From: a virus
IMG/VR virus record: IMGVR_UViG_3300028394_000040
DNA: 64,000 nt
Reading direction: 5' to 3' (one strand)
In this document: one piece after another, positions 1 to 8,907 of the stretch
Position numbering within the stretch: position 1 is the first letter of the stretch
Layout of the letters: every line of letters begins with the position of its first letter
The notes under the pieces: generated by a model
Databases searched by the model: none
What the model was told of the DNA's origin: nothing
What the model saw: only the letters and a program-made list of their open reading frames with translations
Made by a program: the position numbers and the translations under genes

Positions 1-1797
1 AATAGCTAGTAAACTACCTATTCGAGTACTAGTTTCTGTCTTTAAAGAGAAATTTCTCATTATAGAAGAAAGTCCGAAAATCGGTAGAGTAGGTAGGTTA
101 TTGGCTGCAGGACCAGAATCAGAGTCTACTAATTGGTCGTCGTAAATCCTTATTACGTTAGAAACATCATTATACCCTATCGTAAAGTTATTTATACTTC
201 CTAAAGCTTTGCTAATTTGACCAAGTAGCTCTTTTAGAAAAGAACCTAAATAGACGTTAGAAGTTTTAGTATCTCTTAAACTTTCAGCTATTTCTAAAAC
301 CTTATCTACATTAACTAATATATTCATTAGCTTACCTCTAGTACCTGATTTTACTTTAGAATCCTGGTATTCAGCAAGCCCTTGATTATTATAGACGTTA
401 TTAGTTAAATCATTTGTAGCTTGGGTAAACTTGTTCTGGATTGTAGCAGGGTTAACATTCCTAGAGGTAAATAACATATTAAAGTCCTCGTCGGTACAGC
501 CTAGATCTACTAAACAAACTCTAGGATCTATAGAAAACTGCTGAGGCATTCTAAAACAAAAGTTAGTCTCAGGATTAAAATCTATATAAATTATAGGTCT
601 TACGTTATTTTTTTGTTTATCGTAAAATACACAAGAATTATTTATGTAGGCTAGTAGTAATCCGAGTGGTATGTAAACAAAATCTAATTTTTGATTTTGG
701 CCTGTAACAAAGTTTACTTTAGTGTATGTAGCAAGGGTTGAGAAATCTACAGAAGGAGCATCGGTTTTATCTTCCATATACTCTACGTTGAATCCTCTTT
801 TGAATCCTTCTACTAAGTCTGACTGTGTCGCAGTAGAATTAGATTGTCTAAGTAGATTCAAACCAAATTTAAAAGTATACTCCATATACTTACGAAAATC
901 AGCCTGAGATTTATTTTGTAAAGCTATATTTTTAGTAAAAGATAAAAAGGTCTCTAAAGAAGAACTTACTTTCTTTGTTGCTACTGTAGAAATAGCAGGA
1001 CTATTTGCTCCTGGAGCTGCGGCAGGTACTATGTCAGGTATAGTTTCAGTTCCGTTGATTTTTAAAGATTCAATAATACTACCAATACCAGTAAGGCTTA
1101 AAGTAATATCATAACCTCCATCTACTGTTTGTTCCCAAGAAAAGTTAGTTACTAATCCTAACATTCCATCGTAATTACCGTAACTCCTTTTTCTCTTTTT
1201 TGCTAGTTCAGATAAGATAATCTCTTTAGTATAAGAAGTAGATTTATTAAATATATCGATAGGGCTTTCACTTATCTGTGTGTTACCTTTATTATCTACA
1301 TAAGTTCCATGACCCCATTCTAAAAGTACTGAAAAACCTAATCTCATATAAAGCACATCTAAATAAGATAATTGCTCTAAAGTCCATGCTTTTGCCTTTA
1401 CTGTAGCTATTTGAATAGATCCACCTGTTCCTGCAGCTTCTATAGTTGCTGAGGTAAGTCCGGGCATAGGTCTAACTCCTAGTTCTAATAATCCTCCTAC
1501 TCCGTACCCTTCCATACCTAATGGTTTTTGACCTACTCCATTAGTATTATGCAGTCCGTTAAATAAACACCATTTTTTAGCTATGTCTGTCCCTGTACCT
1601 CCTAAAGTAGCTGCTAATGCCGAATCTGTTACTTCAACAAATGAGGTAAGCTTTAAATAAGCATTCTTTCTACTTCTGAATACAGCACTGTTATCCTCCC
1701 TAAATCCATTTTGAGTATTTAAATTAGCTCTTGCGGATATTTGATCAATAACATTACTATCTAAAGGAGAACCTACTAAATTAGTGTTTGTAGACAT
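1..1797 (-). CDS. Baseplate hub / tail-associated protein, 3' end runs off the window
   Basis: Not in the ORF track. ATG at 1797 reads MSTNTNLVGSPLDSNVIDQI...GVRPMPGLTSATIE...AWTLEQLSYLDVLYMRLGFSVLLEWGH...GNYDGMLGLVTNFSW. It follows the LysM/gp53-like gene in the baseplate block. Confidence 0.6.
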   Translation of the reverse strand, partial: MSTNTNLVGSPLDSNVIDQISARANLNTQNGFREDNSAVFRSRKNAYLKLTSFVEVTDSALAATLGGTGTDIAKKWCLFNGLHNTNGVGQKPLGMEGYGVGGLLELGVRPMPGLTSATIEAAGTGGSIQIATVKAKAWTLEQLSYLDVLYMRLGFSVLLEWGHGTYVDNKGNTQISESPIDIFNKSTSYTKEIILSELAKKRKRSYGNYDGMLGLVTNFSWEQTVDGGYDITLSLTGIGSIIESLKINGTETIPDIVPAAAPGANSPAISTVATKKVSSSLETFLSFTKNIALQNKSQADFRKYMEYTFKFGLNLLRQSNSTATQSDLVEGFKRGFNVEYMEDKTDAPSVDFSTLATYTKVNFVTGQNQKLDFVYIPLGLLLAYINNSCVFYDKQKNNVRPIIYIDFNPETNFCFRMPQQFSIDPRVCLVDLGCTDEDFNMLFTSRNVNPATIQNKFTQATNDLTNNVYNNQGLAEYQDSKVKSGTRGKLMNILVNVDKVLEIAESLRDTKTSNVYLGSFLKELLGQISKALGSINNFTIGYNDVSNVIRIYDDQLVDSDSGPAANNLPTLPIFGLSSIMRNFSLKTETSTRIGSLLAI

Positions 1798-1798
1798 A

Positions 1799-2104
1799 CT
1801 ATCTAGACTTGTTTAAAGCTTCAAAAGCAGAAAGTATTTCTGCAGTATTAATTGGAATTCTTAATTGCATACCAACTGGAGGGAATAGACTACTACCGTC
1901 TAATTCATTAGCAGAAGCTATTATCCACCATAACGAAGGGTCTTGGTAAAAGTCAGTTGCAATTAAATCTAATCTATCAGCTATTCCTACTATAATATAT
2001 GCATCTTGTTCTGATGCAGGGACTGTTGGATATACTGCGTTTACATAATACCTTTTACCCAAGCTACCTGAAGTTATTTTTAAGTTACTGTATATAGTCG
2101 CCAT
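1799..2104 (-). CDS. LysM/tail-X-like baseplate wedge protein (T4 gp53-like)
   Basis: DRLDLIATDFYQDPSLWWIIASAN...GMQLRIP motif; lies downstream of the tape measure. Confidence 0.75.
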   Translation of the reverse strand: MATIYSNLKITSGSLGKRYYVNAVYPTVPASEQDAYIIVGIADRLDLIATDFYQDPSLWWIIASANELDGSSLFPPVGMQLRIPINTAEILSAFEALNKSR

Positions 2105-2106
2105 GA

Positions 2107-4098
2107 TTAAATTCCAAATATATTAGATGATGCACTACCGGAAGAACTTGTATTAGGTGTTATAAAAGGAGCAAAGTTATAATTTTGTCCGTTTAACCAG
2201 AAAGATCTCCTAGGTAAGAAATTATGAATAGGTATAAATGTCATATCTATATCTAATACTTGCGGTAACTGATACATATCGTCATCTGCTCCTCCTGCTC
2301 CTGTTTTATCTAATACTATTTCCCAAGGATAATCGTCATTTACAGAAATATTTAAAGACTTAATTAATCCCGGTTGGTCATAAAGATAATCCCCAACAGT
2401 CATTTTAACTAATGGAGCTCTCATAAATCCATTACCGGCACCTGATGTTAATTCACTATATGCAGGATATACTTGAGATACTAAATAATTTAGCTTTCTA
2501 TACAACGGTCTCATTTCAACTCTAGATTGAGCTGCTATTTTAAAACTTAAAGATATCTGTCTGTCTACACCTTGATATGTATAGAAGTTTTCTGCCCTAC
2601 CAACATACTTATGTGAAGAATAATCTGCATTATGGTTATCTCTAAAGTTTGTTATAAAAGCTCTAAAAGCTAAAACTGTAGAGTGAAAATTAGTACCATC
2701 TGGTTGAGTTCTAGGCTGTACCTCTACAGCTGTAATTAAGAAGTTAATTAAATCTTTAGGTTCTTGTGGTAACTCTAAAGGATTAACTCCTACATCAAGC
2801 ATATTATAAGTATCTACACCTTGATCGTTACCTGCTTTACCCACTAGGTTATAGCTAGATCTTTTTATACTTTTTCTACCAGGATTACCTATTCCTTTAT
2901 TTAAATCTATATAGTGATCTATAGAACTACTAGGTACATTAGAACCTGTAGGTAACTCTGATCTAAAATCAGATCTTATAGCTCCTTTAAAAGTAGTATC
3001 CTTAGCAATTATTTGCTTATAGTTTAACGTATAACTAAACGGAGAGGATGTTCCATCGTATTGAACGTTATCAACAGTATCTTCGTATCTCTTTATTAAT
3101 TCTTGTGTAGAGCCTTTTTTAGTAGTGCTGTTAGGAGTATTATATTTGTACATCTCTTGACCAGTCTTTACTGAGCCAGATACAAAAATATCTTGTACAA
3201 ATTTAACTAACCTATCGTCTTTACTTAAAAGAGGTTTTCTTACGAACTGTGATGCAGCAAGAGGAATATTATTTACTAGAGTACCACCTATAGGCAAAAG
3301 TCCAGTAGAATTGGTTAATCTACGAATGTAAGTATAGCCGTTTCCTGCTATAGAATTAGGACCTCCTATGTATTGAAATAATAGATTAGGATTTCTAGAT
3401 AAACCTAAAGCATTAATAGTTTCTAATTTAACATTACTTTGCTGTAATTGAGTACCTGCTAAAGGTACATTACCTGTATTGTTAATTTTTAACTCATAAA
3501 GAATTCTAAGCCTATTACCGGTCTTATCATTCTCTACATTTTGCATACTTACAACATACTGATATGTAGATTGGAAAGGGTTTACAGGAACTGTTCCGTG
3601 TCTATCGAAATGAGCTCCAGAACCCATTGCCCCTACTTGCTTTAATAAGTTAGTTCCGTTATTAAAGATTCTAGTATTTTCTAAATTACTTAGGTTTCCT
3701 CTAGCTACTAAAGTCTCTAGGAAGTTACCTGCATTATTTGCTGCATTTACGTTTAATTGAGTACCTACTTCAGTTTTAGGATTAGCTAATTGTAATAGTT
3801 CTTGTTTTTGTATAAATGCTAATCCTCTAGGACCGCTTTTTAAAAATCTCTCTATTCTCTTTCTATCTTCTTCAGCTGTTAACGGTACTATTAATCCATT
3901 ATATAAAGTACTACCGCCTCGAACAGGAAAATCTATACTAGTTCTTATTAGCTCATACTTAGTTTTTTGAGCAGATGTTGCATTTTGCGGTAAAGGTGAT
4001 TGAATAAATGGTTGACCGCTAGAGCCATACGCAGGTCTATCCTGACCGTATTTCAGGCTAGTTAAATCTGTTTGAAGGGTTAATAATTGAGATGGCAT
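2107..4098 (-). CDS. Baseplate / tail-tube initiator protein
   Basis: C-terminal FRAFITNFRD..YVGRAENFYTYQGVDRQISLSFKI..APLVKMTVGDYL..PGLIKSLNI resembles tube-fold baseplate initiators; lies between the tape measure and LysM genes. Confidence 0.6.
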   Translation of the reverse strand: MPSQLLTLQTDLTSLKYGQDRPAYGSSGQPFIQSPLPQNATSAQKTKYELIRTSIDFPVRGGSTLYNGLIVPLTAEEDRKRIERFLKSGPRGLAFIQKQELLQLANPKTEVGTQLNVNAANNAGNFLETLVARGNLSNLENTRIFNNGTNLLKQVGAMGSGAHFDRHGTVPVNPFQSTYQYVVSMQNVENDKTGNRLRILYELKINNTGNVPLAGTQLQQSNVKLETINALGLSRNPNLLFQYIGGPNSIAGNGYTYIRRLTNSTGLLPIGGTLVNNIPLAASQFVRKPLLSKDDRLVKFVQDIFVSGSVKTGQEMYKYNTPNSTTKKGSTQELIKRYEDTVDNVQYDGTSSPFSYTLNYKQIIAKDTTFKGAIRSDFRSELPTGSNVPSSSIDHYIDLNKGIGNPGRKSIKRSSYNLVGKAGNDQGVDTYNMLDVGVNPLELPQEPKDLINFLITAVEVQPRTQPDGTNFHSTVLAFRAFITNFRDNHNADYSSHKYVGRAENFYTYQGVDRQISLSFKIAAQSRVEMRPLYRKLNYLVSQVYPAYSELTSGAGNGFMRAPLVKMTVGDYLYDQPGLIKSLNISVNDDYPWEIVLDKTGAGGADDDMYQLPQVLDIDMTFIPIHNFLPRRSFWLNGQNYNFAPFITPNTSSSGSASSNIFGI

Positions 4099-4099
4099 A

Positions 4100-6652
4100 T
4101 TATCTAACTACAGTTCCTGGGTTAAGTAAGTTTCCATAACCTGTTGCTACATTTCTAGCTACAGATGTTGCTAGTTTTTGGCCATCTATTACTAACGTAG
4201 TATTTCCTGTAGATAGTATAGCTTGTTTAACTGCTCTCATCTCTTCTACTAATAGTTTCATTGTCTCTAAGCTATTCTTTCCTAAATAAACCTCTCCAGT
4301 ATCTACTTGGGCTAATCCACCTTTTGTAACAAGACCTCCGGTTGCTAAACCTGCTGCTTTAGCTTCGTCTCCAAAGAATGTATCTACTATACCTTTTCCT
4401 AAGCCGTCAGGTCCTATAGCTTCACCTATCTTATTACCTAACCACGAACCTCCATAAGAACCAGCTATACCACCTATTATAGCCCCGCCTGGTATGGGTG
4501 CTAGTAAAGCTCCTAATGCAGCACCTCCTAATACACTTCCTAGCCCAGCTATTGCCCTAGTACCTACTGCTGAATAAATTCTACTTTTATCTCCTCCTGA
4601 TGCTAAAATGTCTTTAATATCGGAACTTGCAAATATACCTTCGAATAATGCTGATACTGCTCCAATTTTACCGGCAGATCTTAAAAAAGATTTCAAAGCT
4701 CCTGGTTGGGTAAAGAATCCTTTGATAGCAGCCATAGGGTTCAAAGAACTAAACATACTACCACCTGCAGCAGCCCCTCCTCCTGCACCTGCACCTTGGG
4801 TTGTTCCAGGTAAGAGCTGTCCTGTTGTAGAGCTTCTTAACCTACCTGCTAATCTACCAGCACCAGCAGGTACAGCTCCTCCAGCAGCTCCGCCTCCACC
4901 TAGCCCACCTAACATTCCTGCCCCAAAATTATATGCTTTCTTAGCCAGTAATACTCCAGCTAAAACTACAATAGCTTTTAGGACTTTTTCAGATTTAGCA
5001 AGCATTTCTGCCATAGCTGTAAATGCACCTACTATAGGTTTTAATATAGGGGCTAACTTATCAAAGGCCGATAACATTTTATCAACAAGCATCGATATCC
5101 TTTCTTGATAGGACTGCTGTTGAAACTGTCTAGCTAATGCTTCGTCACCTAATTTAGCAGTAGCTTCCTCAAAAGTCATCGTTTTGAGATTTTCATTAAA
5201 AATTGCCCGCGCTTGAGTTAAATCTTTAGCACCTAGGTTAGTAATTGCTTGTTGTTTAACTAACATCTCAGACATCTCTTCGCGAGACATTCCCAATGCA
5301 TCTGCTGTAGCTTCTTGAGCAATACGGTTCATTTTACCGTATCTATCTGCCGTAATATTAAGCTTATTTAATTCTTGCTGTAAACCAACAGTATTATTAG
5401 TTAAGGAGTAATATCTAGCTTTTTCTAAATTTAACTCTCGGCCAGTTATTAACTCAGCCTCCATTTGATTTCTAATAGAGGTTTCAAAATTTAAAAAGCT
5501 TCCTGCTATTTTATCTAACTTATTTAGATCTGTACCCATTGTTCTAGCTGTAGCAGCTGCTTTCGCAAGAGCTGCATCACTCCCAATAAAGTTGATCTTA
5601 ATTGCATTAGATGTATTAGCTATATCTTTTAATACTTGTCTTTCATTTATTATTCTTCCGGTCTGTAACTTTACTAGGTTAATTTGAGCTAATCTACTCT
5701 TAGTAATATCGTCTAAAGTCTTTTTATTAAGTAAAGAAGCGGTATTAACGTCTTCTAATACTTCTGGTTCAAATTTAGCTACATCACGTAATTTAGTATA
5801 AGAATCTATCCTACCTTTATCAAAAGAGGAAGCAGTACCTAAGGCACTATTCATCTCAATTAAAGATTTACTATACTTAGCACCAGTCGCATAAATTTGA
5901 CCGCTTTTATCCGCAGCCATAGAAAGCTGTTCCCTGAATTTAAAACCTGTATCATAGGTTATATTCATAGATCTAGCTAAACTAGCAGCGTCTGTATCAA
6001 ACTGTTTAAAAGAGGTAGCTATTAACCCAAAAACTTTTAATGCTGCTGCGTCAGTAATAGCACCTATAGATTTATCTAATCCAGCTGCTATTATCTTTAA
6101 TCTATTATCAGTCTCTAATGCTTTTTTATTCATAGCTGTTAAAGCTTCTTCTGCTTTAACAAACTGCCCTACAAACGGTATTTTAGTTATACCTTTAAGA
6201 AGATCAGATGTTCTACCTACCCTTATTTCTATTAATCTAGCTAAAGCTGCTTGATTTTCTAACTCTTTTACTTCCTGTTTGGCAAGATTTACTGATTCTT
6301 TTATAGCATCGTTTACTTCTCTTGATAAATTTAAATTAGCTTGAGTAATTCTATTTAATGCAGCACTTACGTTATCTTGTCGTTTTTTAGCTGTAAAAAT
6401 CTGATTTTCAATCTCTGAAAGTTTAGCAGCACCAGATCTTAATTTATTCTGATTATCTAGAATTTTATCTGCAAACCTAGCTGTTTCCTTAGTAAGGTTT
6501 ACTATGTCATTCGTAACCAATTTAAATCTTTCTGGATCGAAAGATTCCTGAATAGCATCAGATAAGCCGGCTTTTAAGACGCCAGCTAATGACATCATCT
6601 GTGCTCTTAATTCCGGGGTATCTAAATTTATATCTAAATTTTGCTTTGCCAT
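4100..6652 (-). CDS. Tape measure protein
   Basis: 850 aa, helical and Ala/Leu/Lys-rich, with Gly-rich hydrophobic C-terminal segments; downstream of the tube and chaperone genes. Confidence 0.75.
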   Translation of the reverse strand: MAKQNLDINLDTPELRAQMMSLAGVLKAGLSDAIQESFDPERFKLVTNDIVNLTKETARFADKILDNQNKLRSGAAKLSEIENQIFTAKKRQDNVSAALNRITQANLNLSREVNDAIKESVNLAKQEVKELENQAALARLIEIRVGRTSDLLKGITKIPFVGQFVKAEEALTAMNKKALETDNRLKIIAAGLDKSIGAITDAAALKVFGLIATSFKQFDTDAASLARSMNITYDTGFKFREQLSMAADKSGQIYATGAKYSKSLIEMNSALGTASSFDKGRIDSYTKLRDVAKFEPEVLEDVNTASLLNKKTLDDITKSRLAQINLVKLQTGRIINERQVLKDIANTSNAIKINFIGSDAALAKAAATARTMGTDLNKLDKIAGSFLNFETSIRNQMEAELITGRELNLEKARYYSLTNNTVGLQQELNKLNITADRYGKMNRIAQEATADALGMSREEMSEMLVKQQAITNLGAKDLTQARAIFNENLKTMTFEEATAKLGDEALARQFQQQSYQERISMLVDKMLSAFDKLAPILKPIVGAFTAMAEMLAKSEKVLKAIVVLAGVLLAKKAYNFGAGMLGGLGGGGAAGGAVPAGAGRLAGRLRSSTTGQLLPGTTQGAGAGGGAAAGGSMFSSLNPMAAIKGFFTQPGALKSFLRSAGKIGAVSALFEGIFASSDIKDILASGGDKSRIYSAVGTRAIAGLGSVLGGAALGALLAPIPGGAIIGGIAGSYGGSWLGNKIGEAIGPDGLGKGIVDTFFGDEAKAAGLATGGLVTKGGLAQVDTGEVYLGKNSLETMKLLVEEMRAVKQAILSTGNTTLVIDGQKLATSVARNVATGYGNLLNPGTVVR

Positions 6653-6678
6653 TCAATAATACTATATGTTATAAATAG

Positions 6679-6702
6679 AAAAAGCGCCTACTTTTTAGGC
6701 GC
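6679..6702 (-). terminator. Intrinsic terminator overlapping the stop codon of the tail-chaperone C-terminal ORF
   Basis: Minus strand reads GCGCCTA-AAAAG-TAGGCGC-TTTTT. Confidence 0.65.
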
Positions 6703-6973
6703 CTTCACACTGTATGTTGCTTCTTTACCTATATTCTTCATAATATCGGGTCTACTAACAGTTCTGTTAGGATTTTCCTCATTAATCATCATATTCTCTT
6801 TTTCAGCAGAAATGGAATCGTAATGCTCTTTTAGCTTATTGAATGTAAACTTTCTAAGCCAGATTGGCATGCTATAAATAGCAGCATAATCATATCCTCC
6901 GTTACTATGAAAGAGTATTTCATGTATTTCTGTAAATAGAGCGAATCTATCACTAGAGCTCAGGCCAAAAAAA
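6688..6973 (-). CDS. Tail assembly chaperone C-terminal extension (GT-like), probably reached by frameshift; contains track ORF 6688..6870
   Basis: The frame is open from the T7 run at 6967-6973 (FGLSSSDRFALFTEIHEILFHSNGGYDYAAIYSMPIWLRKF...) and closed by TAA just upstream of it. Confidence 0.6.
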
Positions 6974-7720
6974 GTTTAGAGTTAAAGGTATATCTATACC
7001 CTCCTCTGTATAGCCATCTGATACGTAATCAAATTTTAATTGAACTCCTGGTGCTGTATCTTTTATATGCTTTCTTAATTCTCTTGATGCCCTAGCCAGT
7101 AGATGATTATCTACGAAATCTCTAATAGTGGCCGCAGTTCTATCACCGTTTACTGATGTAATGATAAATTTTAATCTAGTAGTAATATCAAAAGAACCAG
7201 AAGGGCTTATTTTTTGTAGTCCCAGTATTTCTTTCTCTACTGATTTTTCATCTGCTACAGTAAGAAATTTATATGTTACTTTTGTATTGATACTAGGAAT
7301 AGTAAACTGTAATTCGTTACTACCTTCGTTAAGTAACTGCTCTTTTTCTAGTAACTTATCTTTTACTGTAGATAAATCAACTGTAATAGTTTCTTCTTTA
7401 CCGGTAGAAGGGCTAGTAAATTTAAAAGAGTAATCTTTACCGTAGCCTAATATTCTAGCTGCTACTAAAAGAGCATCTCTATCTTCTACGATTAATTCTT
7501 CGATGTTTACCTTAGAAACTACTAAAGATTGAAGTAATTTGTCTAAAACTGTATTAGCTCTAATGTAGTTAGCATTAGTTAAGATATCCTCTTCTTTGGC
7601 TGTCATATACTTGATTTCTACTTCGCCAGAAGATAATGGATTGTCTTTGCTATAAACTAAACCTTGTGATGGTAATTTTACTGTTTCCGTAGGGAAAGAG
7701 AACTTTGATTCTTGTGTCAT
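6953..7720 (-). CDS. Baseplate-hub / tail assembly chaperone (T4 gp26/gp51-like)
   Basis: LPSQGLVY..GEVEIKYMTAKEEDIL..DRDALLVAARILGYG..ends FFWPEL; lies between the tube and tape-measure genes. Confidence 0.7.
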   Translation of the reverse strand: MTQESKFSFPTETVKLPSQGLVYSKDNPLSSGEVEIKYMTAKEEDILTNANYIRANTVLDKLLQSLVVSKVNIEELIVEDRDALLVAARILGYGKDYSFKFTSPSTGKEETITVDLSTVKDKLLEKEQLLNEGSNELQFTIPSINTKVTYKFLTVADEKSVEKEILGLQKISPSGSFDITTRLKFIITSVNGDRTAATIRDFVDNHLLARASRELRKHIKDTAPGVQLKFDYVSDGYTEEGIDIPLTLNFFWPEL

Positions 7721-7754
7721 AACGTGTTAAAACTGTTTGTATATATAAATATGT

Positions 7755-7789
7755 AAAAAACAAAAAATCCCTCGAGATTTCAAGGGATT
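7755..7789 (-). terminator. Intrinsic terminator after the tail tube gene
   Basis: Minus strand reads AATCCCTTGA-AATC-TCGAGGGATT followed by TTTTGTTTTTT. Confidence 0.75.
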
Positions 7790-7810
7790 CTAAGTTAAAA
7801 TTATATTCTA

Positions 7811-8296
7811 TTAGAAGTTTAAAATTGCATAATCCATTGCTATCGTTAAATCGATAGAGATGTACTGATCATTCGACCAATCATACTCACCGAAGTTAGC
7901 CGATTTTACATACGCTCCTTTGATAATCCACTCACCTACAATATCACCTACTGGTCCTAATGTATTCAAAGTAATATCTTTTTTGTAAAAGTCTGAGTAT
8001 CCATCACGTCCTGTTACAGACTCGTGTCCTAGACGAACCCATTCCATTACTGCTTGGGCTCCAGAAGGAGTAACCGGATCATATAAAGCTAATGACATAT
8101 CTTGCCATTCTCCTTTTCCTTTCAACTTTCTATAGATGTTGATATGATCTAACTTTACATCAGTAAATTGAATTTGCGGTGAAGCAGCTTTCTTTATGAT
8201 ATATGAAGGAATTCCATCAATATACATTATGAATCTGTTTTGAACTTTTGGTTCAAAAGCAGTGAAAAATATCTCATTTGGATCGAGAACGCTCAT
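7811..8296 (-). CDS. gp19: Tail tube protein (T4 gp19-like)
   Basis: FEPKVQNRFIM..WQDMSLALYDP..AVMEWVR..YKKDITLNTL..EWIIKGAY..FGEYDW; 161 aa, downstream of the sheath. Confidence 0.85.
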   Translation of the reverse strand: MSVLDPNEIFFTAFEPKVQNRFIMYIDGIPSYIIKKAASPQIQFTDVKLDHINIYRKLKGKGEWQDMSLALYDPVTPSGAQAVMEWVRLGHESVTGRDGYSDFYKKDITLNTLGPVGDIVGEWIIKGAYVKSANFGEYDWSNDQYISIDLTIAMDYAILNF

Positions 8297-8305
8297 CGTC
8301 TTCTT

Positions 8306-8437
8306 TTATTTTAATTTTTTACAATTATTTCCGTGAAACCTTTTAAAAGCACTTGCGCCTTGTATTTCTCTATCGCAATGTTCACATTTAAAAATTTTAT
8401 AACGCCGAATATGTCTGTAAACTACAATTAAGCGATT
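8306..8437 (-). pseudogene. Remnant of a homing-endonuclease-type C-terminal zinc finger
   Basis: Start-less frame ...RRYKIFKCEHCDREIQGASAFKRFHGNNCKKLK* carrying a CxxC-x12-H-x3-C motif. Confidence 0.5.
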
Positions 8438-8457
8438 TTAAATAAATATCGTAGTTA

Positions 8458-8889
8458 CTACTTTTTCTTAATTCTTATAACTTTTTTAACTCCTTCTTTT
8501 AAACTAGTTGTTATGTTACTATCCTCAGGAGCCTTATTATTTAATGCTGCTTTAAATGCAGCTAGTAATGTTGTCTTTGGCATATTTTGTAACCCGAAAT
8601 AAGAAGTAATTGTTTCCAATGCACCGTCTAATTCATTTGCTGAACCAATCTTTCCTAAATATTGTTTAATAGTAGGATTTTTATCTATTGCTTTCTGAAG
8701 GTTTGTCTCATCGCCAGTATTCTGTAAAGTTACTGGTGACTGGTCTGTAGCTTCTTCAAGCATTCCTTTTAATTGATTTTTAAGCATTTCTTTTAAAACA
8801 CCTTTGCTATCAATCTTGCTATTTCCTTTTTTATATAATTCGAAAAGAGCCTTCGGAATTTTTACTTTTATATTAGATTGGTTTTTCAT
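8458..8889 (-). CDS. Hypothetical protein, possibly head-internal
   Basis: 143 aa ORF in the operon; carries MLEEA and SLKEG motifs. Confidence 0.55.
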   Translation of the reverse strand: MKNQSNIKVKIPKALFELYKKGNSKIDSKGVLKEMLKNQLKGMLEEATDQSPVTLQNTGDETNLQKAIDKNPTIKQYLGKIGSANELDGALETITSYFGLQNMPKTTLLAAFKAALNNKAPEDSNITTSLKEGVKKVIRIKKK

Positions 8890-8907
8890 TTTTCTTTTCT
8901 TTTATTC

